From contig JBPCVJ010000039.1 in assembly GCA_051010635.1 (NCBI GenBank), positions 2,489-66,488 on the forward strand: 64,000 nt of DNA, written 5' to 3'. How positions within the stretch are numbered: the stretch's first letter is position 1; each line of letters starts with the position of its first letter. Positions 27,506 to 36,689 of the stretch are shown piece after piece. The notes beneath the pieces are model-generated. The model was not told where the DNA came from and searched no databases. It saw nothing but the letters and a program-made list of their open reading frames with translations. Source of the DNA: Alphaproteobacteria bacterium. GTDB taxonomy: Bacteria > Pseudomonadota > Alphaproteobacteria > JASGCL01. Position numbers and translations under genes: made by a program.

Positions 27506-28504
27506 TTAAAAGGCATAACCAATTTTTGCCCCAACCTCTATCGTTGTATTGGCAGGTTCTGTAAAAGAAAGCGTAACATTGCCATCACTGCTAACATTAG
27601 TGCCAGAACATACACTATCTTTTATAATATCATCTTTTGAACTATTTAATTCCCCTACACATGGCAAAGTATAATTAACCGATTGACTATCAGCTATATC
27701 CCAATAATTAAAAAATGGTTCAAAAACAATGTTTTTATAACCCAATGCTAGCGATATTTTAATACCATAACCGACCGATTGCTGATTTTTAAAAGGACCA
27801 CCGGGTAAATTAAATTTAATAAGTCGAAAATTATTCTCATCAACTTGCCCAACTTCTAGCGGTTCAAAATGTGTATGTTGCGCACCAATTAATAATAGAT
27901 CATATTCGCCACCAAGCGAAATATGCCAAACATCATCATTATAGTTATATTTGATACCAAAAGGCATATAACCAATATGATTTTCTCGGTCATAAGCCAA
28001 ACTCCCCGTATCAGTTCTTTTACCACCATCATAATTACCTGTATAACGATAACCAAAACCAGAAAAAACATGAAAAGAATGATTTGGCTTAATTATTTTT
28101 TCATAGCCTGTCAAAAGCCTTATTTCGGTCAAAAAATAGCTAGCATTATCATGCGATCCTGTACCCGCTGAGGTATATTGCAATGACCCGCCATAAATTG
28201 TTATATCAGGTGCTATGGTGCCACCAAATTCAAATCGCAATTTACCAAAATAATTCGCACCAAATAGAGGACCTTCATTTTTAATAAAAAATGCACCATT
28301 ATTGGTTTCGGTATAATTGTAATAGGCACTTAAGGCAGATATTTTATGTTCATAAGTGGCGGCACGAACAGAATGTGTGGTTATCATATATGCTGATGAT
28401 ATCATCACAGCATAGATGATAGCTAAACATAATTTTGTAAAATACCCCTGCCTTAAGAACATCACAATAGGCACAATAATTCTATTCATCATCATGTTTA
28501 ACAT
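27506..28504 (-). CDS. Outer membrane beta-barrel protein
   Basis: C-terminal ...AKIGYAF with terminal Phe, aromatic-rich alternating strands, N-terminal hydrophobic segment. The tracked ORF start at 28570 would overlap lpdA by 44 nt. An internal Met at about 28504 or 28495 is more likely. Confidence 0.5.
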   Translation of the reverse strand: MLNMMMNRIIVPIVMFLRQGYFTKLCLAIIYAVMISSAYMITTHSVRAATYEHKISALSAYYNYTETNNGAFFIKNEGPLFGANYFGKLRFEFGGTIAPDITIYGGSLQYTSAGTGSHDNASYFLTEIRLLTGYEKIIKPNHSFHVFSGFGYRYTGNYDGGKRTDTGSLAYDRENHIGYMPFGIKYNYNDDVWHISLGGEYDLLLIGAQHTHFEPLEVGQVDENNFRLIKFNLPGGPFKNQQSVGYGIKISLALGYKNIVFEPFFNYWDIADSQSVNYTLPCVGELNSSKDDIIKDSVCSGTNVSSDGNVTLSFTEPANTTIEVGAKIGYAF

Positions 28505-28526
28505 ATCATAAAATAAATAAAATTGT

Positions 28527-29933
28527 TTAAATATGAATCGCCCGACCAAAAGCTGCCATAGCCGATTCATGTATCATTTCTGATAAGGTGGGGTGGGGGA
28601 AAACACTATGTATCAATTCGGCTTCGGTGGTTTCTAGGTTGCGTGATAAGGTAAAACTATGAATCAATTCGGTTACCTCGGCACCTATCAAATGCGCACC
28701 CAATAACTCACCAGTTTTGGCATCAAATATAATTTTCACCATACCCATGTCTTCTCCAAGCGCGATAGCCTTACCATTACCCTGAAAAGGAAAACGACCA
28801 ATTTTTGTCTTGATATTTTTTTCCTTCGCCTTGTCCTCAGTCAAACCAACCGATGCAATTTGTGGATGACAATAGGTGCAACTTGGAATATTATCTTTAT
28901 TAAGGGGGTGGAGTGGCTTCACCCCAGCAATATGCTCAACCGCTATCACCCCTTCATGTTCAGCCTTATGAGCCAGCCATGGCGGCGCACCCATATCGCC
29001 TATGGCATAGATACCAGCCTCAGCGGTTTCAGCCCATTGATTGGTAGCCACAAAACCCTTTTCAAGTTTGATGGCAGTTTTTTCTAAACCAAGGTTTTCG
29101 CTATTAGCCGTTATACCCACTGCCGATAACAAAACATCAGCGGTCAAACTTTCAATCCCCTTGTTGGTTTTAATATCCAATTTCACCCCATCGGCAGTTT
29201 TGCTTAATTTTTCAGCCTTGCTATTGGTTTTAAAATCAATCCCTTGGGTTGCCAATATTTTTTCAGCCATGGTTGATATTTCTGTATCCTCTTGCGGTAA
29301 GATACGCGGCAATAATTCCACCACCGTTACCTTAACACCAATTTCATTATAAAAACTGGCAAATTCTATACCAATAGCACCGCTACCTAATATTATCATC
29401 GTTTTGGGTTGCTTTTTTGGCTTTAAGGCATGTTTATAATGCCACACCAGCACGCCATCGGTTTCAAACCCCGCTATTTCCTTTGGGCGGGCACCAGTGG
29501 CAAGAATGATATTTTTGGCGGTTATGGTTTTTTCACTTTTATCAGCCATCGCCACCACCACCGACCGCTTGCCTACCGCCCCGCCTGAAAGCCGTGCCAT
29601 GCCGTTAAAAACTTGAATATTATTTTTTTTCATTAAATATTCAACCCCTTGCGACAATTTATCGGCAATCCCACGAGACCTTGCCACCATACCATTCAGG
29701 TCAGATGCTACATCCCCCGCCACAACACCAAATGTTTTGGCGTGTTTGGCAAGACGCAAAACCTCTGCCGATCTTAACAATGCTTTGGTAGGGATACAGC
29801 CCCAATTAAGGCATATTCCACCCAAATGATGTGCCTCGACCAATGCAACCTTTAATTTTAATTGTGCGGCACGAATGGCCGCCACATAGCCACCAGGACC
29901 ACCACCAATAATTATTAAATCAAAATCTGTCAT
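28527..29933 (-). CDS. lpdA: Dihydrolipoyl dehydrogenase (E3)
   Basis: IIIGGGPGGYVAAIRAAQL (FAD-binding), the redox disulfide GICLNWGCIPTK, and the C-terminal HPTLSE interface motif. Confidence 0.95.
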   Translation of the reverse strand: MTDFDLIIIGGGPGGYVAAIRAAQLKLKVALVEAHHLGGICLNWGCIPTKALLRSAEVLRLAKHAKTFGVVAGDVASDLNGMVARSRGIADKLSQGVEYLMKKNNIQVFNGMARLSGGAVGKRSVVVAMADKSEKTITAKNIILATGARPKEIAGFETDGVLVWHYKHALKPKKQPKTMIILGSGAIGIEFASFYNEIGVKVTVVELLPRILPQEDTEISTMAEKILATQGIDFKTNSKAEKLSKTADGVKLDIKTNKGIESLTADVLLSAVGITANSENLGLEKTAIKLEKGFVATNQWAETAEAGIYAIGDMGAPPWLAHKAEHEGVIAVEHIAGVKPLHPLNKDNIPSCTYCHPQIASVGLTEDKAKEKNIKTKIGRFPFQGNGKAIALGEDMGMVKIIFDAKTGELLGAHLIGAEVTELIHSFTLSRNLETTEAELIHSVFPHPTLSEMIHESAMAAFGRAIHI

Positions 29934-29950
29934 ATTTTTATAGAGTTTGG

Positions 29951-30859
29951 TTATGAAAAAAACATCAATGCAGGGTCTTCGACATAATGTTTAAAATATT
30001 TTAATAATTCTGCACCGATAGCACCATCAACCGCCCGATGGTCGCAAGATAATGTTGCCGACATAATGGGTGCGACCTCAACCCTGCCATCTTTGACGAT
30101 AGGTGTATCAATGCCCGCACCCACCGCCAAAATTGCCCCCTGCGGCGGATTAATCACCGCATCAAATTGTTTAATGCCAAACATACCCAAATTAGATAAA
30201 GATATCGTGCCGCCTTGATATTCCTCGGGTTTTAATTGCCCCTGTTTGGCTTTGCTAGCCAAAGATTTCATTTCAGTTGAAATGACCTGTAATGATTTTT
30301 TTTCGGCTTGCCTTACGATCGGGGTAATCAAACCACCATCAATTGCCACTGCCACCGCTATATCAACCGATTGAAATAGTTTGACACCATCTTTTGTAAA
30401 ACTGGCATTGGCATTCGGCACCTTGCGACAAGCCATCGCCAAAGCCTTAATAATAATATCATTGATACTAATTTTGCTACCCTTGCCCGCCGCATCGGTA
30501 GGATTTAATTTTTGCCATTTTTCCCGTAAAGTCGTGATATGGCTAAGATCGCAATCAACCGTCAAATAAAAATGTGGTATTGTGGTTTTAGACAGCGTCA
30601 AGCGTTCGGCAATCACACGGCGCATAGCGGTGATAGGCGTTATAGTAAAAGGTGGTTCGAAATTATTATCTAATTTCATCGCGGTTATAGGGGCAGAATC
30701 TTGCGCCACATCGCCCGTGGTCGCCATTTTATCAATATCGGCTTTAACAATTCGCCCATGCGGTCCTGAACCCATTATTCCAGCAATGTTGATACCCCGT
30801 TCCATCGCCAATCGCTTAGCAAGGGGGCTAATAAAAATGCGTTCTTGATGATTCATCAT
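29951..30859 (-). CDS. pdhC: Dihydrolipoamide acetyltransferase E2 core lacking any lipoyl domain (PSBD plus catalytic domain only)
   Basis: It starts directly with the peripheral-subunit-binding domain (SPLAKRLAMERGINIAGIMGSGPHGRIVKADI). The catalytic domain has SCDHRAVDGA. No lipoyl (biotinyl/lipoyl attachment) domain is found upstream in any frame. Only about 150 bp lie between it and the next gene. Confidence 0.85.
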   Translation of the reverse strand: MMNHQERIFISPLAKRLAMERGINIAGIMGSGPHGRIVKADIDKMATTGDVAQDSAPITAMKLDNNFEPPFTITPITAMRRVIAERLTLSKTTIPHFYLTVDCDLSHITTLREKWQKLNPTDAAGKGSKISINDIIIKALAMACRKVPNANASFTKDGVKLFQSVDIAVAVAIDGGLITPIVRQAEKKSLQVISTEMKSLASKAKQGQLKPEEYQGGTISLSNLGMFGIKQFDAVINPPQGAILAVGAGIDTPIVKDGRVEVAPIMSATLSCDHRAVDGAIGAELLKYFKHYVEDPALMFFS

Positions 30860-31012
30860 TTATTTTTGCTTGTTAATTATAAAATAACTTTTATAATAGG
30901 AAAGATAAAAAAGCAACCAAAAAACCTCTCTATCATCATATCATTTTTAAGCTTGAAAATTGATAGCAAAAATAATAGGTTAGATAAAGATACAAAAATA
31001 AAACAGGAATAG

Positions 31013-31348
31013 ATGATGGCTAAATTTTTTAAACTCCTTATCGCCTTGATTATGGAATTGGTTAATTTTGTTTTTATAGGTGCATGGTTAAGTTTTAAGC
31101 TTTTGCTTATAACAATTTTTTTCTTTGCAAAAAAAAAGGGCAATGCACCTGTATTGAATACCCAAGGTCAAAAAGCTTTGGACGAGGATTTCAAAAACCT
31201 GACCAAGAGTTTGCGTAAATCTTTTGTTGCATTATTTAACATCTCGGCATTTACGGGTGAAAAAGCCAAACAAAAATATCAAGAAATCAAACAACGGCAA
31301 CCAAGCAAAAAAAAGCCGAAAAAGAAAAAATCAAAAAAGAAAAAATAA
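31013..31348 (+). CDS. Small membrane protein with a poly-lysine C-terminal tail (paralog 1)
   Basis: 111 aa. N-terminal hydrophobic hairpin (FFKLLIALIMELVNFVFIGAWLSFKLLLITIFFF). C-terminus SKKKPKKKKSKKKK. It is paralogous to the next ORF and is transcribed antisense to the pdh operon. Confidence 0.5.
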   Translation: MMAKFFKLLIALIMELVNFVFIGAWLSFKLLLITIFFFAKKKGNAPVLNTQGQKALDEDFKNLTKSLRKSFVALFNISAFTGEKAKQKYQEIKQRQPSKKKPKKKKSKKKK

Positions 31349-31361
31349 ATAAGGAATCGCC

Positions 31362-31691
31362 ATGAATAATTCTTTTAAACTGATATTTGACCTATTATTG
31401 AGTCTGGTTGTTTTTATGTTGCGTGCCGCATGGTTGGGGTTTAAATATCTATTGATAACAATTTTTTTCTTTGCCAAAAAAGATGGCAATGACCCCGCTT
31501 TGGGCGTTGCCGGACAGCAGGCCTTAAAAAAAGATTTTAAGAATATCGGCAAGGGGTTAAAAGTATCTTTCAAAAAAATGGGGGGTATTTTTAAGGACCT
31601 GGTTAATGACCCCAATTCTACCAGCACCAAAGTTAAATCAAAATTAAAAAAAATAAAAAGCAAAACCAAAATTAAAACACCTGAAAAATAA
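31362..31691 (+). CDS. Small membrane protein with a lysine-rich C-terminal tail (paralog 2)
   Basis: 109 aa. It shares with the upstream paralog the conserved core AWLxFKxLLITIFFFAKKxGNxPxL...GQxALxxDFKN. AAGGA ribosome-binding site 8 nt upstream. Confidence 0.5.
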   Translation: MNNSFKLIFDLLLSLVVFMLRAAWLGFKYLLITIFFFAKKDGNDPALGVAGQQALKKDFKNIGKGLKVSFKKMGGIFKDLVNDPNSTSTKVKSKLKKIKSKTKIKTPEK

Positions 31692-31696
31692 TTTTA

Positions 31697-33127
31697 TTAT
31701 TTGCCTACCAGCGAACGCACCGCATTAATAATATCGGGTATTTGTGGCAAGGCTAGTTTTTCTAAATTCTGGGCATAGGGTAGGGGGACATCTTTACCGC
31801 ATACTCTAAAGGGGGCGGCATCAAGCCAATCAAAACATTGTTCATTAATAACCGCCATAATTTCAGCACCAACCCCTGATTGTGCCCAACCCTCCTCAAC
31901 TGTAATAACACGATTGGTTTTTTTTACCGATGAAACTATCGCTGGTATATCAAGTGGTCGTAAAGTTCTTAAATCTAAAACCTCAACCTCAATCCCCGAT
32001 TTTGCCAATTCTTCGGCCGCTTGTAAAGATTTTCCTACCATAATTGAAAAAGTAATAATGGTCGCATCGCTCCCAATACGCTGTAATTTGGCTTTGCCTA
32101 TCGGCACTTGCCAATCTTCGCTATCAGGCACTTGAAAAGATTGCCCATAAAGTATTTCATTTTCTAAAAATATCACTGGATTATTATCCAAAATGGCTGA
32201 TTTTAATAAACCCTTGGCATCGGCCGCAGTGTAAGGGGCAACTACTTTTAACCCTGGCACATGGCTATACCAACTGGCAAAACATTGTGAATGTTGTGCC
32301 GCCACCCGTGCCGCGGCGCCATTGGGACCACGAAATACTATCGGACAATTTATTTGCCCCCCCGACATATAAAGGGTTTTGGCGGCACTATTAATAATTT
32401 GATCCATCGCTTGCATTGAAAAATTCATTGTCATAAATTCTACTATTGGACGCAATCCATGAAAGGCGGCCCCGATACCAATACCAGCAAAACCCATTTC
32501 GGTTATGGGGGTATCAATAATGCGTTTGTTGCCGAATTGGTCAAGCAAGCCTTGCGTTACTTTATAAGCCCCTTGGTATTCACCAACCTCTTCACCCAAT
32601 AAAAATACCTTATCATCGCGCTGCATTTCTTCTTTCATAGCATCACGCAAAGCCTCCCGCACTGTTTGCATTGTCGTTTTGCCTGTCCATTCGTTTTCAG
32701 CAACAGGCATTGCTTCAGTATTTATATGTGGTGCAACGGGTGGATGTTGTTGCAAAGGTTCTTCTACTAGTGGTGGTGCCATATCCGCACCATTGCTTGC
32801 CATATCATTTGCCGTATTTTTCGCCATATCGGTTGGTGCATGATGTGATGTATTTTGGCTTTTTGCCATCACATCTTCCAATGTTTCATCATCTTCTAAA
32901 ATAACCGCTATAGGGCTACCTACCTGTATTTTTTGGCTACCACCCGCAATGATAATTTTTGCCAATGTGCCACTATCAACCGATTCAACCTCCATGGTTG
33001 CTTTATCAGTTTCTATTTCGGCAATAATTTGTCCGGGTGTAACTTTATCACCCTCCTTGACCAACCAACGGGCAAGATTACCCTCGGTCATGGTGGGGGA
33101 AAGGGCGGGCATTAAAATTTGTGGCAT
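31697..33127 (-). CDS. pdhB: Pyruvate dehydrogenase E1 beta subunit with an N-terminal lipoyl domain
   Basis: The N-terminus [29 protein letters not shown]...[12 protein letters not shown] is a lipoyl domain with its lipoyl-lysine. An Ala/Pro-rich linker follows, then the transketolase-like E1-beta region ([26 protein letters not shown]). This fusion is known from alphaproteobacterial pdhB. Confidence 0.92.
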   Translation of the reverse strand: MPQILMPALSPTMTEGNLARWLVKEGDKVTPGQIIAEIETDKATMEVESVDSGTLAKIIIAGGSQKIQVGSPIAVILEDDETLEDVMAKSQNTSHHAPTDMAKNTANDMASNGADMAPPLVEEPLQQHPPVAPHINTEAMPVAENEWTGKTTMQTVREALRDAMKEEMQRDDKVFLLGEEVGEYQGAYKVTQGLLDQFGNKRIIDTPITEMGFAGIGIGAAFHGLRPIVEFMTMNFSMQAMDQIINSAAKTLYMSGGQINCPIVFRGPNGAAARVAAQHSQCFASWYSHVPGLKVVAPYTAADAKGLLKSAILDNNPVIFLENEILYGQSFQVPDSEDWQVPIGKAKLQRIGSDATIITFSIMVGKSLQAAEELAKSGIEVEVLDLRTLRPLDIPAIVSSVKKTNRVITVEEGWAQSGVGAEIMAVINEQCFDWLDAAPFRVCGKDVPLPYAQNLEKLALPQIPDIINAVRSLVGK

Positions 33128-33136
33128 ATTAATTTT

Positions 33137-34147
33137 TTATTGCAAAATATCGGTCCATAGGTCGGTTTCATTGGGTTCAGGGGAGTCTTCAGCAATTTTA
33201 ACCGCTTCAAGTATAATGGTTTTAATTTTTTGTTCGGTATCTTTTTCTGTTTTTTCATCAAGCTGTTCATTATCCTTTAATATTTTTTTTATATGTTCTA
33301 TCGGATCATGTTTTGCGCGTATTTCATCAACCTCCTCACGGGAACGATATTTCGCTGGGTCAGACATTGAATGACCACGATAGCGATAGGTCTGTGCCTC
33401 AATAATAAATGGTCCATTGCCAGATTCTACATATTGAATTGCCTCCTTACCCAAATTGCGCATCGCCTCAACATCCATACCATCAACTTGGCTACCCTTA
33501 ATACCATAGGCAATGCCCCTATCACATAATCTGCTGTCATTGGCTGATGACCGCTTTGCCGATGTTCCCATCGCATAACGATTATTTTCAATCACAAATA
33601 TCGCTGGCAATTTCCATAAAGCTGCCATGTTAAAGGTTTCATAAACCTGCCCCTGATTCAACGCGCCCTCGCCCATATAGATAAAAGACAAACCCAATTT
33701 TTCTTTTTTGTCGCCAATGCCATTTTCATAACGATATTGTAATGCCAAAGCAAGCCCAGCACCAAGTGGCACTTGTGCCCCAACAATACCATGCCCGCCA
33801 TAAAAATTCTTTTTACGGGAAAACATATGCATCGAACCACCCTTGCCCCGACTATATCCCGCACTGCGACCTGTCAATTCCGCCATAACCCCCGAAGGTT
33901 TCATACCTGATGCCAACATATGCCCATGGTCACGATAACTGGTTATCACACAATCATTTTTTTTCATCACCGTCTGTAAGCCCACCACCACCGCTTCTTG
34001 CCCTATGTAAAGATGACAAAACCCCCCTATCAAACCCAACCCATAAAGTTGCCCCGCCCGTTCTTCAAAACGGCGAATAAGCAACATTTGATAAAAATCT
34101 TGCTTGAGTTGTTCAAAGCGTTGGTCATTAGCTATATTTTTTGTCAT
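33137..34147 (-). CDS. pdhA: Pyruvate dehydrogenase E1 alpha subunit
   Basis: Thiamine-diphosphate-dependent E1-alpha pattern: YRDHGHMLASG and GxGAQVPLGAG. 336 aa. Confidence 0.92.
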   Translation of the reverse strand: MTKNIANDQRFEQLKQDFYQMLLIRRFEERAGQLYGLGLIGGFCHLYIGQEAVVVGLQTVMKKNDCVITSYRDHGHMLASGMKPSGVMAELTGRSAGYSRGKGGSMHMFSRKKNFYGGHGIVGAQVPLGAGLALALQYRYENGIGDKKEKLGLSFIYMGEGALNQGQVYETFNMAALWKLPAIFVIENNRYAMGTSAKRSSANDSRLCDRGIAYGIKGSQVDGMDVEAMRNLGKEAIQYVESGNGPFIIEAQTYRYRGHSMSDPAKYRSREEVDEIRAKHDPIEHIKKILKDNEQLDEKTEKDTEQKIKTIILEAVKIAEDSPEPNETDLWTDILQ

Positions 34148-34383
34148 AAACTATATCCATTTCAATATTTTTAGAATGATGATTGGTCTGGCTAATTTTG
34201 TGTTTTTATAGAATTTTGTATCCCGATTTGCAAGATAAAAATATTATCAATCATCTCATCATTTTTATTCTATTTATCAACAGATTATTCACAAAACCGC
34301 CTAATAAAATGCAAAAAGAAATATGGGGATAATGTTGTAATATTCTTTTATCAAGCGAATCATTCTATATTAACTATATTGCT

Positions 34384-35973
34384 ATGATTGATTATCCTGA
34401 CCCAACCGTTTTAGAAAAACCTCTAGAAACCACCGAGGGTTTATCTTATCATAATGATAATTTGCCTGATACTATACCATCACAGCTTAAAGCAACATCG
34501 GCAGACCATCATACCGCTAAGCGGCTTGAAGTGCCCTATAATATCGAATTGGAAGCCGCGCTACTCGGTGCCTTATTACGCAATAATGACCTTTATGGTT
34601 TGGTGGCAGATATGGTCCATAAGTCTGATTATTTTTATCATCCCCTGCACCGCAAAATTTTTGATTATTTTATAGAATTACAAGATAAGGGGCAACTTGC
34701 CACCCCTGCCACTATGCGCCATTTATTTCAAAGCGATAGTAAAGATGGCGATATCAACAAACATGATACCAGCCGTTATTTAGCAGAGATTGTAAGCTAT
34801 GTGCCAAGTTTGGTTAATGTGAAAGATTATGCCAAGGTTATTAGAGACCTTTATCGCAAACGACAATTAATAAACATCGGTGAAGATATGATCATCCGAG
34901 CACGCGATTTAACCGACCATAAAGCCACTTCTGACAAACAGATAGAATGTGCCGAAGAAGAATTATTTCAATTAGCAGAACATGGTGTTGCCGAAAAATC
35001 TTTTGACCGCCTATCAGTATTTAGCAATCGCTTAATCAGTAGTATTGAAAAACGCCGACAAGATAAATCAAAATACGCTGGGGTTGCCACAGGATTTCCG
35101 CAGATGGATGATTTTTTTGGCGGGCTTAATCCATCTGATCTTTTTATTTTGGCGGCCCGGCCCGGTATGGGCAAAACCGCTTTTGCCGTTTCATTGGCGG
35201 CACAGGTGGCAGGCATTCCTTTGGTGATGGATGCCATACCCGAAGATGAGATAACCGCAAGGCAAACCGAAAAAAAACATGTATTATTTTTTTCATTAGA
35301 AATGTCGGCAGAACAATTAACCAATCGTATTTTATGTCAAATGACGGGCGTATCATCTATCAATGTGCGTCGCCAGATGAGCGATGATGATTTCCAAAAA
35401 TTCTGTCGGGCGATCAATGATTTAAAAGACTCCCATTTGTATATTGATGACAGCCCATCGATTTCCATTACCACTTTACGCCAAAAGGCAAGACGCGCCA
35501 AACGCTTGATGAAAAATCTTGATTTAATTTTGGTGGATTATTTACAATTATTGCAACCATCAGGTTTAACCCGGCATGATAATCGTGTAGCCGAGGTTAC
35601 CGAAATTTCACGCGGTCTTAAAATTATTGCCAAAGAACTCGAAGTGCCATTGGTAGCACTTTCACAATTATCACGGGATGTTGAAAAACGCTCTATCAAA
35701 CCAACTGGCAAGGTGCCACAGCTTTCCGATTTGCGTGATTCGGGATCGATTGAACAAGATGCCGATATTGTCGCTTTTTTATATCGTGAAGCCTATTATT
35801 TAAAAAATGAAAAATCAGACAATGAAGCACAGGAGCAAACCAGACAAAATAGATTAAAAGAAATTGAGCATCTTGCGGAACTTATCATTGCCAAACACCG
35901 CCATGGTCCTATTGATAAAATTCCATTTCATTTTAATTCAATTACCAGCCAATTTTCAGCCATGCAAAAATAA
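34384..35973 (+). CDS. dnaB: Replicative DNA helicase
   Basis: GFPQMDDFFGGLNPSDLFILAARPGMGKTAFA (Walker A with DnaB-specific context), LSQLSRDVEKR and HRHGPI. Confidence 0.92.
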   Translation: MIDYPDPTVLEKPLETTEGLSYHNDNLPDTIPSQLKATSADHHTAKRLEVPYNIELEAALLGALLRNNDLYGLVADMVHKSDYFYHPLHRKIFDYFIELQDKGQLATPATMRHLFQSDSKDGDINKHDTSRYLAEIVSYVPSLVNVKDYAKVIRDLYRKRQLINIGEDMIIRARDLTDHKATSDKQIECAEEELFQLAEHGVAEKSFDRLSVFSNRLISSIEKRRQDKSKYAGVATGFPQMDDFFGGLNPSDLFILAARPGMGKTAFAVSLAAQVAGIPLVMDAIPEDEITARQTEKKHVLFFSLEMSAEQLTNRILCQMTGVSSINVRRQMSDDDFQKFCRAINDLKDSHLYIDDSPSISITTLRQKARRAKRLMKNLDLILVDYLQLLQPSGLTRHDNRVAEVTEISRGLKIIAKELEVPLVALSQLSRDVEKRSIKPTGKVPQLSDLRDSGSIEQDADIVAFLYREAYYLKNEKSDNEAQEQTRQNRLKEIEHLAELIIAKHRHGPIDKIPFHFNSITSQFSAMQK

Positions 35974-36000
35974 CCAACCATTATCTAGCATCATCATTGA

Positions 36001-36648
36001 TTAGCGGCGTAAATGTGATGTTATTAATATAATACCCCAAGCCGCCAAATAACCAAACACCAATCCACCCAAATGACCAGCATTGGAAATGGCTGTATCG
36101 GCTAGCCTATTCGCTGTTAGTGCTGTCAAAAAATTCAATGCCAAAAAGAATATAATAAAAAACATAGCACGACTTTTGGTTTCAAATGGCGGGGGCATAG
36201 CAATATCATTCACTGCCAAAAATAAACTCGCCCCGATCCATGCCGCCACCCCCGCTGACGAACCAATAATGCCAATATCGGATGCTGTGGTCAGCAGATG
36301 AAAAATCGCCCCACCGCAAAGCCCAGTAAAAAAAACAAATCCCCAACCCCACCCAGAAAGCGCGTCATAAATCACTTTAGAAAAAACCACTCCCACCACC
36401 ACATTAAACAATAGATGACTAATGTTACCATGCAAAAACCCATAGGTTATAATTTGATAGGGCCAAATACCAGAAAAAACTTGCCACTGCCAATCACGCC
36501 ATGGCAAAAACATATATTGTTGTATGATGGTTGTTTTGTCAAATAAAGAAAAAATATTAACCAGCAAAAAAATTATTGCCATCACCAATGCCCATAATAC
36601 CACTGCATTTGGCAAATTAAAAAATGTTATAGATTTTTGATAACGCAT
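36001..36648 (-). CDS. Rhomboid-family intramembrane serine protease
   Basis: Six or seven TM helices. GSSAG (catalytic Ser in the GxSG motif) and a downstream AGHLGGLVFG (catalytic His). Confidence 0.75.
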   Translation of the reverse strand: MRYQKSITFFNLPNAVVLWALVMAIIFLLVNIFSLFDKTTIIQQYMFLPWRDWQWQVFSGIWPYQIITYGFLHGNISHLLFNVVVGVVFSKVIYDALSGWGWGFVFFTGLCGGAIFHLLTTASDIGIIGSSAGVAAWIGASLFLAVNDIAMPPPFETKSRAMFFIIFFLALNFLTALTANRLADTAISNAGHLGGLVFGYLAAWGIILITSHLRR

Positions 36649-36689
36649 TGATAATCCTGCCCTAATTTTATCTAAAAAAATTTTAATTT

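Noticed and set aside
32949-33374. A 141-aa plus-strand ORF and other 60-110-aa ORFs overlapping pdhB/pdhA, hemA, trpE, mutS, pepA and others on the opposite strand
   Set aside because: All lie within strongly supported conserved genes on the opposite strand. They have no ribosome-binding site or start context and no motifs. This is typical overprinting noise in six-frame tracks.
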